A stretch of 64,000 nt of DNA from Octopus sinensis (GCF_006345805.1 NC_043003.1:18414001-18478000); one strand, 5' to 3'. Shown: positions 1 to 12,107, counted from the first letter of the stretch. Program-made: numbers and translations. The notes: generated from the sequence alone by a model not told the origin.

Positions 1-230
1 TTATTACGGATGATGGTATCGTTGTTGTTTAACACCAGGTCAGCACTCTGATCGAATAAACCTTCTAAAAAATCAAAGATATTTCATCTATGATCATCCC
101 GTCATTTTTTCTGCAATATATTTATCCAGTTTCCGCTTCGTTTCATGTTTTATATTTTTTTCTTTTTAACAAAAAAACCGAAAAACCGTACGGTATGTAT
201 AGCTTGAGGGACACTTGGTTGCTATATCTA

Positions 231-462
231 AGAGCTGGCAGACACGTTAGCACGCCGGCGAAATGCGTAGCCGTATTTCGTCTGCCGTTACGTTCTGAGT
301 TCAAATTCCGCCGAGGCGCGACTTTACCTTTCATCCTTTCGGGGTCGATAAATAAAGTACCAGTTTCGCAGCAACTGGGGTCGTTGTAATCGACTTAATC
401 CGTTTGTCTGTCCTTGTTTTTGTCCCCTCTGTGTTTAGCTCCTTGTGGGCAATAAAGAAATA
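231..462 (+). mobile_element. tRNA-headed SINE family 1, tail type A
   Basis: GAGCTGGCAG head, B-box-like GAGTTCAAATTCC, body CTTTCATCCTTTCGGGGTCGATAAA, tail ...TTGTGGGCAATAAAGAAATA. More than 20 copies or fragments in the window. Confidence 0.85.
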
Positions 463-669
463 TATATCTAAGCAGGTCAAGGGACCACATTGTATCTCCC
501 TCCCATTCGGGGCTCTGGTATAAATTGACGTATAAACTATTTTCTAGGCAGCTATAATCAACTTACCTCTTTTTTCCTTTTTTTCTTTAAATCTTATTCT
601 TATGCCTCTTACTCCGACTCAACTTCCCTTCACGCAAAAAAACTTTTAAGCCAACCTGTATAAAAGTGT

Positions 670-892
670 ATATACAGTGTGTGTGTGCGTGTATATGTTA
701 TGCACTATGTGTGCGTGTGTATGTGTGCGTGTGTGTGTGTGTTTTATACACACACATATAATTATTTCGTATAGCCTCCAGTTGTTTTCTCTTATCACTT
801 TCTTCGACCTCAAATATTCGCACTTGTTCTGCCGCATTCTTTTCCATATACGTACGTATGAATATGTATGTATGTGTGTATGTATGTATGTA

Positions 893-923
<31 letters not shown>

Positions 924-1413
924 ATGTGTATGTGTGTGTATGTATGTATGTATGTATGTATGTATGTATGTATGTGTGTGTGTGTATGTATGTATGTATG
1001 TATGTGTATGTGTGTATGTATGTGTGCATGTATGTATGTGTGTGTGTACCTGTATGTATAGATGGAAGGATGTGTGCGTGTGTGTATATATGTATATATA
1101 TATATTAGAGAAAGAGAGAGAGAGAGAGAGAGAGCATGATAAACTCGTGTTTATGTATATGTATGTATATATCTACATATATGTGTGTGTATATCTCTCT
1201 CTCTCTCTCTCTCTCTTTCTCCCTATATATATGCTGGGCCAGTTTATGTAGTACATATGTATGTGTGTATATGTGTGTGTGTTAAACCAGTTTTTGTAGT
1301 AGTACGTAAGTATGTGTATATGCATATATATACTATATATATATATATAGAGAGATAGAGAGAGAGAGAGAGAGATAGAATAGATAGATAGACAGACAGA
1401 TAGATAGATAGAT

Positions 1414-1480
<67 letters not shown>

Positions 1481-1500
1481 GGATAGATATACTTATGTGT
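670..1500. repeat. Compound microsatellite block (GT, GTAT, GA, GATA)
   Basis: Directly visible simple repeats. Confidence 0.95.
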
Positions 1501-2489
1501 GTTTATACGTTTTCTGGGCTACTTTCCTCCTCTCGCGTCTTTGATACATACACGCACATAATATATATATTATAAATATATGCACACACTTGTTCTTGTG
1601 GAGAAATGTCCTCTCAACACCTGTTCTAAGTCTGACAACGGTGTGACCCGTTCATCTCCCCCCCCTGTCACCCCAATATCACCCACCACCACCACCACCA
1701 CCACCTCCGTCACAAACGCCACTATCACCGTACCACTCACCACCACTACCACCATCACCATCACCATCGCCACCATTGCTGTTCTATCTGTTTTCTATTA
1801 TTGACATAACTATCTTTAAAAGCTTCCTCCCTTATGCCTATCATTGTGTATGCTAATGTTCACACACACACTTTCTTAGTCACATACACTTAGCAATATA
1901 CATTTGATTTCTTTTTGTTATATATATATTACTACACATTCTGTCTTCCTGAACACACACACACACACCACATACACGCATATCCCATATCTCACATACA
2001 AACACAGTCACACGTTTTCTCTCTCTCTCACTCTATCTTCCTTTCCCTATCTCACTCTTTACATATACATTCTCTCTTTAAGACAAATTCTCTCTCTGTG
2101 TTTACTCATTCTCTTACCTCACTAATTCTTCTTTAATACACACACACACTATCTCTCTCTCTCTCTCTCCTTCTCCCTCCCTATTCATCTATCTATCTAG
2201 CTAGCTACCTATTTCTCTATCTATCTCTTTTCTCTCTCTTTGTCTCTTTGTCAACAAACAGTAATGCAAAAACAAGCAAAAACAAAAATAAGGCAAATAC
2301 GACCTTCCAAAATCACTTAGTTAAGAAGCTCTCTTTGCAGGCATATGGTTTCAGGTTCAATCCCACTGTGCAGCCCCTTGAGCAAGTATCTACCATAGCT
2401 CCACACCCAGACTGACTAATGCATTGCAAATGAATTTTAGTGGACAAAAAATGTGTGGACGCCATCTTATATATATATATATATATGTA

Positions 2490-2772
2490 TGTTTTACCAA
2501 AGTTGCCTTGCTGGCACCTGTGCTGGTGGCATGTGTAAAAGGATTCAAGCGAGGTCGTTGCCAGTACCACCTGTCTGGCCCCCGTGCCGGTGGCATGTAA
2601 AAAGCACCCACTACACTCTCGGAGTGGTTGGCATTAGGAAGGGCATCCAGCTGTAGAAACTTTGCCAGATCAAGATTGGAGCCTGGTGCAACCATCTGGT
2701 TTGCCAACCCTCAATCAAAATCGTCCAACCCATACTAGCATGGAAAGCGGACGTTAAACGATGATGATGATG
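2490..2772 (+). mobile_element. Short RTE 3'-UTR/tail copy
   Basis: GGTGGCATGTAAAAAGCACC...GGAAGGGCATCCAGCTGTAG...GGACGTTAAACGATGATGATG, the same as the 3' end of the RTE LINE at 9388-9600. Confidence 0.85.
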
Positions 2773-2841
2773 TATGTATGTATGTATGTATATACACACA
2801 CACATGCAGCAGGCTTACACACACACACACACACAAACACA

Positions 2842-3047
2842 TTGGTTTCAAATTTTAGCACAAGGCCAGCAATTTCTGGGTTGAGGTAAGTCAATTACAT
2901 CAACCTCAATGGTCAACTGGTATTTATTTTATTGACCCTGAAAGGATGAAAGGCAGGGTCAACCTTTGTAGAATTTGAACTCAGAACTTAAGAACGAAAT
3001 GCCACTAAGCATTTTGCCTGGCATGCTAACAATTCTGCCAGCTCACA
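2842..3047 (-). mobile_element. SINE family 1, tail type B
   Basis: Reverse complement of the family 1 head and body, with the CACAAGGCC tail. Confidence 0.8.
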
Positions 3048-3229
3048 CATAATAGTAACAGTTTGACTCAGTTCAATATGACATTTGAGTTTTGTGGGTG
3101 CATAGGAAATGTCCATCTTGTCAGATGGCAACAGAAGAATAGGAAGTCTGAAACAAATTCAAGATGGCTTCTAAATGTTAGGCTTCTAATGGCCTCTATT
3201 GATCAATATTGCTTCAATGTTACACATTA

Positions 3230-3640
3230 CGATAGACACAAACACCTGCCTATGCAACCTCCAATCCACACCCCGGTCTGTAATTTCCAAAATCTTACCA
3301 GAGTCACTTACACCATGTAATGCCATTACAAGAAATTACATAGGCTTGACAGCCAATAATTTTAAGGAAAGATATACACAACACATACACTCCTTCAGAT
3401 GTAGAGGTAGGGAAAATTCCACCCCTTTGTCTTACTCCATCTGGAGATTTCACAAACATCAGAATGACTTCCTCAACATTGAATGGAATATCCTTGACAG
3501 GGCCCACTCCCTTACTGACCTTTGAATTCACAACTGCCAGCTCTGTCCTGGTGAGAGATGACACAAACTCTACCAGCTTCCTGTATCAATCAACAGGAAG
3601 AATGCAGTCTTAAGGTTGCCACCAGAGCTAAGCCTATTGA
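3230..3640 (+). pseudogene. Penelope-like element GIY-YIG endonuclease remnant
   Basis: ORF 3199-3525 reads YIGLTANNFKERYTQHIHSFR...STPLSYSIW...IEWNILDRA; a frameshifted CQLC motif follows. This is the typical PLE endonuclease C-terminus. Confidence 0.8.
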
Positions 3641-3744
3641 CTGCTGATAATACAGATATACCACCTTAGGTCTGGCTTTCCCTACTACAAATACTACTAC
3701 TACTACTATTAGTGTTACTGGCACTTTGTTGGCTACGATGTTGA

Positions 3745-4036
3745 GGGTTGTAATTGAGATCCAATCAATGGAACAGCCTGCTTGTGAAATTAACATGTAA
3801 GGGCTGAACACTCCACAGATATGTGTACCCTTAACGTTGTTCTCAGGGAGATTCAGCGTGACACAAAGCGTGACATGACTGGCCTCTTTGAATTACTGGT
3901 ACTACACATTTTTGCCAGCTGAGTCGACTGAAGCAACATAAAATAAAGTGTCTTGCTCAAGGACACAATGTGTTGACAGGAATTGAACTCCCAACCTTAT
4001 GACTGTGAGCCAAATGCTCCTAACCACTAAGCCACA
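3745..4036 (-). mobile_element. SINE family 3 (tRNA head + CORE-like domain), tail variant shared with 52043-52300
   Basis: Minus strand TGTGGCTTAGTGGTTAG...GTTCAATTCC...TCCTTGAGCAAGACACTTTATTT..., followed by the CTGAATCTCCCTGAGAAC tail. Confidence 0.75.
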
Positions 4037-4070
4037 AGTTCTCACTGAGCTGACCAACAGGTTTTGATGA

Positions 4071-4704
4071 TACTCTTTACTCTTTTACTTGTGTCAGTCA
4101 TTTGACTGCGGCCATGCTGGAGCACCACATTTAGTCGAGCAAATTGACCCCACAACTTATTCTTTGGATGCTTAGTACTTATTCTATCAGTCACTTTTGC
4201 CGAACTGCTAAGTTACAGGGACATAAACACACCAGCATCGGTTGTCAAGTGATGTTGTGGGGACAAACACAGACAAACAAACATATACACGCACATACAT
4301 ATACCATTATCATCATCATCATCGTTTAACGTTTGCTTTCCATGCTAGCACGGGTTGGACGACTTGACTGAGGTCTGATGAACCAGATGGCTGCACCAGG
4401 CTCCAATCTGATCTGGCAGAGTTTCTACAGCTGGATGCCCTTCCTAACGCCAACCACTCCGAGAGTCTAGTGGGTGCTTTTACGTGCCACCAGCACTAGG
4501 GCCAGTCAGGTGGTACTGATATATATATATAGACATATATACAATGGGCTTCTTTCAATTTCCGTCTACCAAATCCACTCACAAGGCTTTGGTCGGCCCA
4601 AGGCAATAGTAGAAGACACTTGTCCAAGGTGCCACGCAGTGGGAATGAACCTGGAACCATGTGGTTGATAAGCAAGCTACTTACCACACAGCCACTCCTG
4701 CGCC
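4071..4704 (-). mobile_element. SINE family 2 with internal microsatellite, interrupted by an RTE tail copy (about 4310-4510)
   Basis: Head GGCGCAGGAGTGGCTGTGTGGTAAG, tail ...GACTGACACAAGTAAAAGAGTA. The RTE tail sits in the internal TA/CA tract. Confidence 0.85.
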
Positions 4705-4988
4705 TGTGATATTCTGATAAATATTTATTGAAAAGACCAACAAAAATGCATCACCAGATGATAAAGGAATTTTATACAGGTGTAGGCTATTTGTTAATAT
4801 TGGTGGATACATTTGCAAGCACCAAATTCCAGTAGGACCAGTAATGAGAAGGAAGGTAAAGTCAAGCGGTGCTCTATCTCAACCAAACTAGTGGGTCTTC
4901 GACAGTAGGTGGGAAGGATACCCAAAATCTCCCTATATACTTTTGAAATATCACCTATTTATTATGTTTCTCCTTATTTATAACCATT

Positions 4989-5309
4989 GGATCTTTTCGC
5001 TTTGACTGGCAAATTTTTTTAATAATTTTAAAAATAATAACAGTGACAAATTCATATGACACCGCAAATAATTGTTGTTGACACACTACGGCAGAAATTG
5101 TATTCACCTCAATAGACGTCATTGATTGGTTGAAATTGCAGAAATGTAAGAAATTAAAGAACAAATAGCCTACAAACTACAGAATTTTCTCAAGAAAGTC
5201 AAGAGAAAAAGATGTTTTATGTAACACATTCTACCAGTTTACGAAGTTTAAAAGTGTTTAGTTACGTAGAAATTATTTTAAAAATCTGCCAGTCAAAGCG
5301 AAAAGATCC
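4989..5309. mobile_element. MITE with GG-starting TIRs and 8-bp TSD (Merlin-like)
   Basis: Perfect 23-bp TIR GGATCTTTTCGCTTTGACTGGCA at both ends. Direct repeat TAACCATT at 4981-4988 and 5310-5317. Confidence 0.8.
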
Positions 5310-5680
5310 TAACCATTTTTTAAAGAGAATTTTTGAAGTGTCTTCTTTGTAAAATGTCCTTGAGCTATTCACCTCTTTTCTTATATAATTTGTCTGCTCT
5401 ACTTCTAGTCTTAACATTTCCTATTTATGCATGAACGATTCTATGAAATTGCCATCAGAGGCTAAATAAAAGAAAGAAAACTAGAAGAAGAAAGAAAGGA
5501 TATTGTAGTTATGGTTGACGCTATCATCATTGTTATAGACATCACACAGCATACAATATCGTGAGGTTGTTGATTGAAGATATTGCGTCTACCCAGGGGT
5601 TTGTACTGATTGCCAAGTCACAACAAAGACCTCAGACAGACTGTACTTTAAGCAATATGTGTGCAGTTCCAAGTAATGCT

Positions 5681-5741
5681 ATTATTATTATTATTATTAT
5701 TATTATTATCATTATTATTATCATTATTATTATTATTATTA

Positions 5742-5787
<46 letters not shown>

Positions 5788-5807
5788 CATTATTATTATT
5801 ATTATTA

Positions 5808-5862
<55 letters not shown>

Positions 5863-5882
5863 CATTATTATTATTATTATTA

Positions 5883-5913
<31 letters not shown>

Positions 5914-5933
5914 CATTATTATTATTATTATTA

Positions 5934-5966
<33 letters not shown>

Positions 5967-6007
5967 GTAGTAGTAGTAGTAGTAGTAGTAGTATTATTAT
6001 TATTATT
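5681..6007. repeat. Long (ATT)n microsatellite with periodic ATC/GTT variants and a terminal (AGT)n
   Basis: Directly visible. Confidence 0.95.
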
Positions 6008-6008
6008 A

Positions 6009-6228
6009 AGGCGGTGAGCTAGCAGAATTGTTAGCACTCCTAGAGAAATGCCTAGCAGTATTTCGTTCTGCCGCTACGTTCTGAGTCCAAATTCCATCAA
6101 GGTCAACTTTGCCTTTCGTCCTTTCGGGGTCAATAAATTAAATACCAGTGAAACACTGGGGTTGATGTAATCGACTGGTCCCCTCCCCCAAAATTTCAGG
6201 CCATGTGCCTATAGTAGAAAGGATTAAT
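6009..6228 (+). mobile_element. SINE family 1, tail type B
   Basis: AGGCGGTGAGCTAGCAG head through ...GCCTATAGTAGAAAGGATT. Confidence 0.85.
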
Positions 6229-6871
6229 ATCACTCGTCCAGTGTCCGAGTATTGCTGAACTATGGGTTCATGTCGAACAGCTACTGTCGCATATAGGATG
6301 GATCCGGCTATCAGCTGAATCCATAGTGAAGATTGTCCCACCGACCTCCTTTAACCGGGAGGGCAAGGCAGTTTTCCTTTGCCTAGTGGCTGTAGCAAAA
6401 GAGGTTGTATGGTGGACCCGTTTGAAAGGGCTAAGGTCAGACACTTTCCTCTTTGGCCCAGGCCTCATCAACTTTTTCAAGTTTCACTTGAAAAGGAAGA
6501 TGAGAGTAGAGTGGGAAGTGCTGTCCGATAGCAAGTTTGCTGAAAGGTGGATAAATGTCACAAGAATGGCTAGTATGAAAGGAGCCATTCTGAGGTTGCA
6601 CCTGTGATTTAAAAAGGTAATATAAAAGGAGAAAGGGGCTCTCTACCCCGCTTTTGACCAGGCTCCCATTGGTTTTTATGGGTTTTTTCCACCAGGAACC
6701 TTTCGAAGCGCCTCCCCTATTGGGAATTTTTCGTTATTATATTTTCATTGTTAAACTGCTTTTTTACTCGATTTTTTCACAAACGGACAAAACCCTTTGT
6801 AACCTTTCGTCCTGTTTTGTCCCTTTTTAGTTATAATTAATTTTTGTCAGCCCTTGTGGTCAATAAAAGAA
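6229..6871 (+). mobile_element. L1/Tx1-group LINE 3' fragment (ORF2 C-terminus + 3' UTR)
   Basis: One frame reads SLVQCPSIAELWVHVEQLL...AKEVVWWTR...RW..., stop at 6607. This resembles the post-CCHC region of L1/Tx1 ORF2. A T-rich UTR ends in CAATAAAAGAA. Confidence 0.65.
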
Positions 6872-6890
6872 TTACTTATTATTATTATTA

Positions 6891-7100
6891 AGACAGCAAG
6901 AGCCAGCAGAATCATTAGCACACCAGGCAAAATGCTTAGTGGCATTTTGTCTATCACTATGTTCTGAGATCAAATTCTGCCGAGGTCGACTTTCATTCTT
7001 TCGGGTGTCAATGAAATAAGTACCAGTTGCGTACTGGGGTTGATGTAATCAACTATCCCCCCACCCCAAAATTTCAAGCCTTGTGCCTATAGTAGGAAAT
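6891..7100 (+). mobile_element. SINE family 1, tail type B
   Basis: Full head, body and tail, ending in (ATT)n. Confidence 0.85.
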
Positions 7101-7114
7101 ATTATTATTATTAT

Positions 7115-7922
7115 TTTTAAAATACAATATGGTCCATTGTCTTCTGCTGAACCGGGGTCATCCCTTGACCCTAGGGTCACAGCAGGTCCTCATCTCATTG
7201 AGAGCACACGGTGTAAAATGTGTGTGGAACCTAGCAACACTATTTTCTGAAGTTCTCCCATGTTAACACTGCAAGGGAGTTTGTTGAGCTGCTTATCAAG
7301 GCCCTTTTTAATTAGCCCCAACACTCCAATCACCACTGGTGCTGTGCTGCTTTTCATTCCCCACATCTTGGTCACTTCTATTTCTAGGTCTTTGTACTTA
7401 AATAACTTCTCAATTTCTTTAATGGACACATTTCTCTCTGATGGTACTGTCACATCTATCATTAAGCATTTCTTATGCTTCCCATCTTTGATGACTATGT
7501 CTGGCCTGTTTGCCTTGATTTCTTTATCGGTGTTGATTGACATGTCCCAGAGTACTGATACATCATCTTTTCCGGTCACAGTTTCAGGTTTATGCTGGTA
7601 CCATCTTTCTGAAGTTGGAAGCTGGTAGTGTTTACATATCTTCCAATGGGCTACTCTATTGTGTCTATGAATATATTCAGTTTTTGCAAGCACTGTGCAT
7701 CCAGTTAAGATGTGGTCTACTGTTTCAGCCTGCTCATGACACATTCTGCATTTCGGGTCAATGCCATCATTCATTCCCTGATTGCCAAGCTTTGATCTTG
7801 TGCTGCTATGATAAAACCTTCGGGTTCAGCCTTCAGTCCTGAACTCTTCATCCATACATGAGTGTCTCGTTTTTCTACATTTGGTTTGTTCACTCTACAT
7901 GGGTATCAGCCATGCATTGGTT
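7115..7922 (-). mobile_element. R4/Dong-type non-LTR retrotransposon 3' fragment (CCHC knuckle + restriction-like endonuclease)
   Basis: EGFIIAAQDQ upstream, then CRMC..ETVDHILTGC, RHN, RPDIV, DVTVP, K..KYKDL in ORF 7190-7774. The 3' end abuts (TAA)n on its sense strand. Confidence 0.88.
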
Positions 7923-7926
7923 TTTC

Positions 7927-8487
7927 GTCTGGAAAGTTTGTGCCAAATTATAGCAGCTTACCTTTCAACTTGTTTTAGAACGTGGTTGAGTCCATAAAAT
8001 AGGATTTGCCTACACCTCCATTTAGAGCACAGTTTAAGCTATCTTTTCATGGAAGAAGGTTTATGTTCCTATAACTTGTGTTAATTCTGTAACCCTTTAA
8101 AATGGAAGATAAGAAAGTTCATTTTCGGCACTTGATGCTTAGGGAACCAGACAAAAATTGCTGCCGCTTGGCTGGGATGAGTTACTCCACCCTCCATATT
8201 CACCAGATATTGCTCCTTCAGATTTCCACTTATTCAGGTCTCTGCAGAATAGTCTTAATGGTAAAAATTTCAATTCCTTGAATGACGTAAAAAGATACCT
8301 TTATGAATTCTTTGCCATGAAACCACCTCAATTCTGGGAAGAGGGTATTTTCAAGTTGAAGGAAAGATGGAGACGCATTGTGCAACAAAATGGTTCATAT
8401 TTGGTTGATTAAAAATGTAATGGCAAGTATTTATTGAGCTTTTTCTTTCCTTTAAAAATCGGCATGAACTTTCCGGACACCGCAATA
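7927..8487 (+). mobile_element. Internally deleted mariner (mellifera-like), non-autonomous
   Basis: TIRs GTCTGGAAAGTTTGTGCCAA / ATCGGCATGAACTTTCCGGACACCGCAATA. N-terminus MEDKKVHFRHLM is fused to the C-terminus HPPYSPDIAPSDFHLFRSLQNSL. Confidence 0.88.
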
Positions 8488-8511
8488 TTTATCTTTGTAT
8501 GTTTATGTATG

Positions 8512-8543
<32 letters not shown>

Positions 8544-8974
8544 TGTATGTATATATGTATGTATGTATGTATGTATGCAAAGTGTCAGACAATACACATT
8601 TTCCTTGTAGCTCCTAATATAGGCACAAGGCCAGAACTTTTTGAAGGAAGGGGCTTATTGATTACATTGATCTTAATATCTGACACGTTTATCAACTGCA
8701 AAAGGATAAAAGGCAAAGATGACCTTAGCAGTATTTAATGCAACAAAATGTTTCTGAAGGTACATAAGAGAGAGAGAGGAGGTGGGAGACAGAAAACAGA
8801 GAGAGAAGTGGGAGACAGAGAGATTATCAAACAATGGAAGAGAGATTACTAAACAATGGAAAGTAAATGTAAAATAGTTTTTTAAATGCAGAAAAGATCA
8901 GAGGAGAAAACTGGTTTCTGAAAGGAATAACAGTCATTTTAGTATTATTATATGAAAAAGAACGAAGGGAAATA

Positions 8975-9387
<413 letters not shown>

Positions 9388-9610
9388 CATCATCATCATC
9401 ATCATCGTTTAACGTCCGTTCTCCATGCTAGCATGGGTTGGACGGTTCGACCGGGGATCTGGGAAGCCAGAAGGCTGCACCAGGCTCCAGTCTTATCTGG
9501 CAGTGTTTCTACAGCTGGATGCCCTTCCTAACGCCAACCACTCCGTGAGTGTAGTGGGTGCTTTTTACGTGCCACCTGCACAGGTGCCAGGCGAGGCTGG
9601 CAATGGCCAC

Positions 9611-10190
9611 GGTCGGATTGGTGTATTTTATGTGCCACCGGCACGGAAGCCAGACGAGGCGGTGCTGGCATCGGCCATGAGTCGGATGGTGCTTTTTACG
9701 TACCACCAGACCAGGGATCCTGGCTGGTTCAATTCGATTTCGATTTCGCTTACCCCAACATGTCTTCGCAAGCAAGGGGGTTGGCATGGGTGCCTGTTGT
9801 ACGGTCAGATTGGTGTATTTTACGTGCCACCGGCACGGAAGACAATGGAGGCGGCGCTGGCATCGGCCACGAGTCGGATAGTGCTTTTCACGTACCACCA
9901 GACCAGGGAACCTGGCTGGTTCAATTCGATTCGATTTCGCTTGCCCCAACATGTCTTCGCAAGCAAGGGGGTTGGCATGGGTGCCTGTCGTATGGTCAGA
10001 TTGGTGTATTTTACGTGCCACCGGCACAGAAGCCAGTGGAGGCGGCGCTGGCATCGGCCACGAGTCGGATAGTGCTTTTTACGTACCACCAGACCAGGGA
10101 TCCTGGCTGGTTCAATTCGATTTTGACTTCGATTTCGATTTCGCTTGCCCCAACATGTCTTCGCAAGCATGGGTGCCTGTCGTCGGATGA
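9611..10190. repeat. Tandem repeat in the RTE 3' UTR, about 191-192 bp x3
   Basis: GGTC(G/A)GATTGGTGTATTTT begins at 9611, 9803 and 9994. Confidence 0.9.
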
Positions 10191-10266
10191 GGTTCTATAT
10201 CGACTTCGCTTGCCTCAACAGGTCTTTGTGTCCAAGGGAGGAAAGGCATTCATAAGTGGGCTGGGC

Positions 10267-12107
10267 TCACTTGTCCTGCCTGGTCTTCTCACGTACAGAA
10301 TATTTCCAAAGGTCTCGGTCGCTGGTCATTTCCTCAGTGAGGCCTAAAGTTCGAAGGTCGTGCTTCACCACCTCGTCCCAGGTTTTCCTGGGTCTACCTC
10401 TTCCACGGGTTCCCTCAACTGCTAAGGATTGGCACTTTCTCACACACCTATCTTCATCCATTCTCGCCACATGACCATACCAGCGCAATCGTCTCTCTTG
10501 CACACCACAACTGATGCCTCTTAGGTACGACATTTCTCTCAAGGTGCTAACGCTCTGTCGAGTATGTACACTGACATTACACATCCATCGGAGCATACTG
10601 GCTTCATTCCTCACGAGCTTACGCATGTCCTCGGCAGTCACGGCCCATGTTTCACTGCCATGTAGCATGGCTGTTCGTACACACGCATCATACAGTCTGC
10701 CTTTTACTCTGAGCGAGAGGCCTTTAGTCACCAGCAGAGGTAAGAGCTCCCTAAACTTTGCCCAGGCTATTCTTATTCTAGCAGTTACACTTTCAGCACA
10801 CCCACCTCCACTACTGACTTGGTCACCTAGATAACGGAAGCTATCAACTACTTCTAGTTTTTCCCCTTGGAAAGTGACTGAAGTTATTTTCTGCAGATTT
10901 TCAGAGGTTAATGCTCCTGAGCATCTGCCACATACAAAAACTATCTTCCCAGTTAGCCTACCTTTGACATTGCTGCACCTCTTATGTGTCCATAGCTTAC
11001 ACTGGGTACATCTTATAGAGTTTCTACCTACACCTTTTCTACAGATCGAGCAGGGCCATCTTCCTGAAGACATTTGTGGATTGTCTACCTTCCTACTTAT
11101 TAGTACTTTGGTTTTAGCTAGGTTGACTCTAAGGCCCCTCGATTCTAAACCCTCCTTCCACACCTGGAACTTCTCCTCCAGCTCTGATAGTGACTCAGCA
11201 ATAAGAGCAAGGTCGTCAGCATAGAGGAGCTCCCAGGGACAACCTGTCTTGAATTCCTCCGTAATTGCCTGTAGGACTATGATAAATAGGAGGGGGCTGA
11301 GTACTGAACCCTGGTGGACCCCAACCTCTACTTTGAATTCTTCTGTGTACATGTTGCCAACCCTAACCTTACTTACAGCATCTCTGTACATGGCTTGCAC
11401 AGTCCTCACCAGCCATTCATCTATCCCTAGTTTCCTCATTGACCACCAGATAAGGGATCGGGGGACCCTATCAAAAGCTTTCTCCATGTCAACAAAAGCC
11501 AGGTACAGGGGCTTATCTTTGGCTAGGTATTTCTCCTGCAGCTGCCTTACCAGGAATATAGCATCCGTGGTACTTTTCCCTTGCACGAACCCAAACTGCA
11601 TCTCATCTAAACTAACTCTCTCTCTAATTATTGGGCTATGACCCTCTCCGTAACCTTCATTACTTGATCCAACAGCTTGATACCTCTGTAATTATTTGTA
11701 TCTAGGGCATCACCTTTACCTTTGTAGCAGTTGACTAGTATGCTGCTACACCAGTCATTGGGTATGACTCCTTCGTGTATCACCTGGTTGACTATACGGG
11801 TGACTAGGTTATAGCCGACACTGCCAGATATTTTGAGCATCTCTGCAGTAATTCCTGATGGGCCTGGGGCTTTCCCTGTCTTCATGCTTCTAATTGCCTT
11901 AGCTACCACGGAACTATCAACTCGGATAGCTGGTCCCTCTGTTGGGTCAACATTCGGCAGACTCTCTTTATCCCATTCATTTTCTTTATTCAGCAACCTT
12001 TCATAGTGGCATCTCCAAACCTCTCTCTTTGCATCCTCATTTAGCGCAAGTGAACCATCATCCATGCGAACACACTTCTCTCCTACCACAACACCAATCT
12101 CTCTCAC
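10267..12107 (-). pseudogene. RTE reverse transcriptase ORF, frameshifted, with a PHD-like finger at 10921-11052
   Basis: ORFs 11628-12107 and 10267-11601 join if one base is restored (AQLIRERVSLDEMQFGF). Confidence 0.9.

Noticed and set aside
9611-10190. CRISPR-like array
   Set aside because: Whole units repeat without unique spacers, there are no cas genes, and the context is eukaryotic.
9425-10347. Long ORFs (215, 195, 181 aa) over the RTE 3' UTR
   Set aside because: They arise from GC-rich tandem units in both orientations and have no recognisable domain; the 192/191 periods break the frame.
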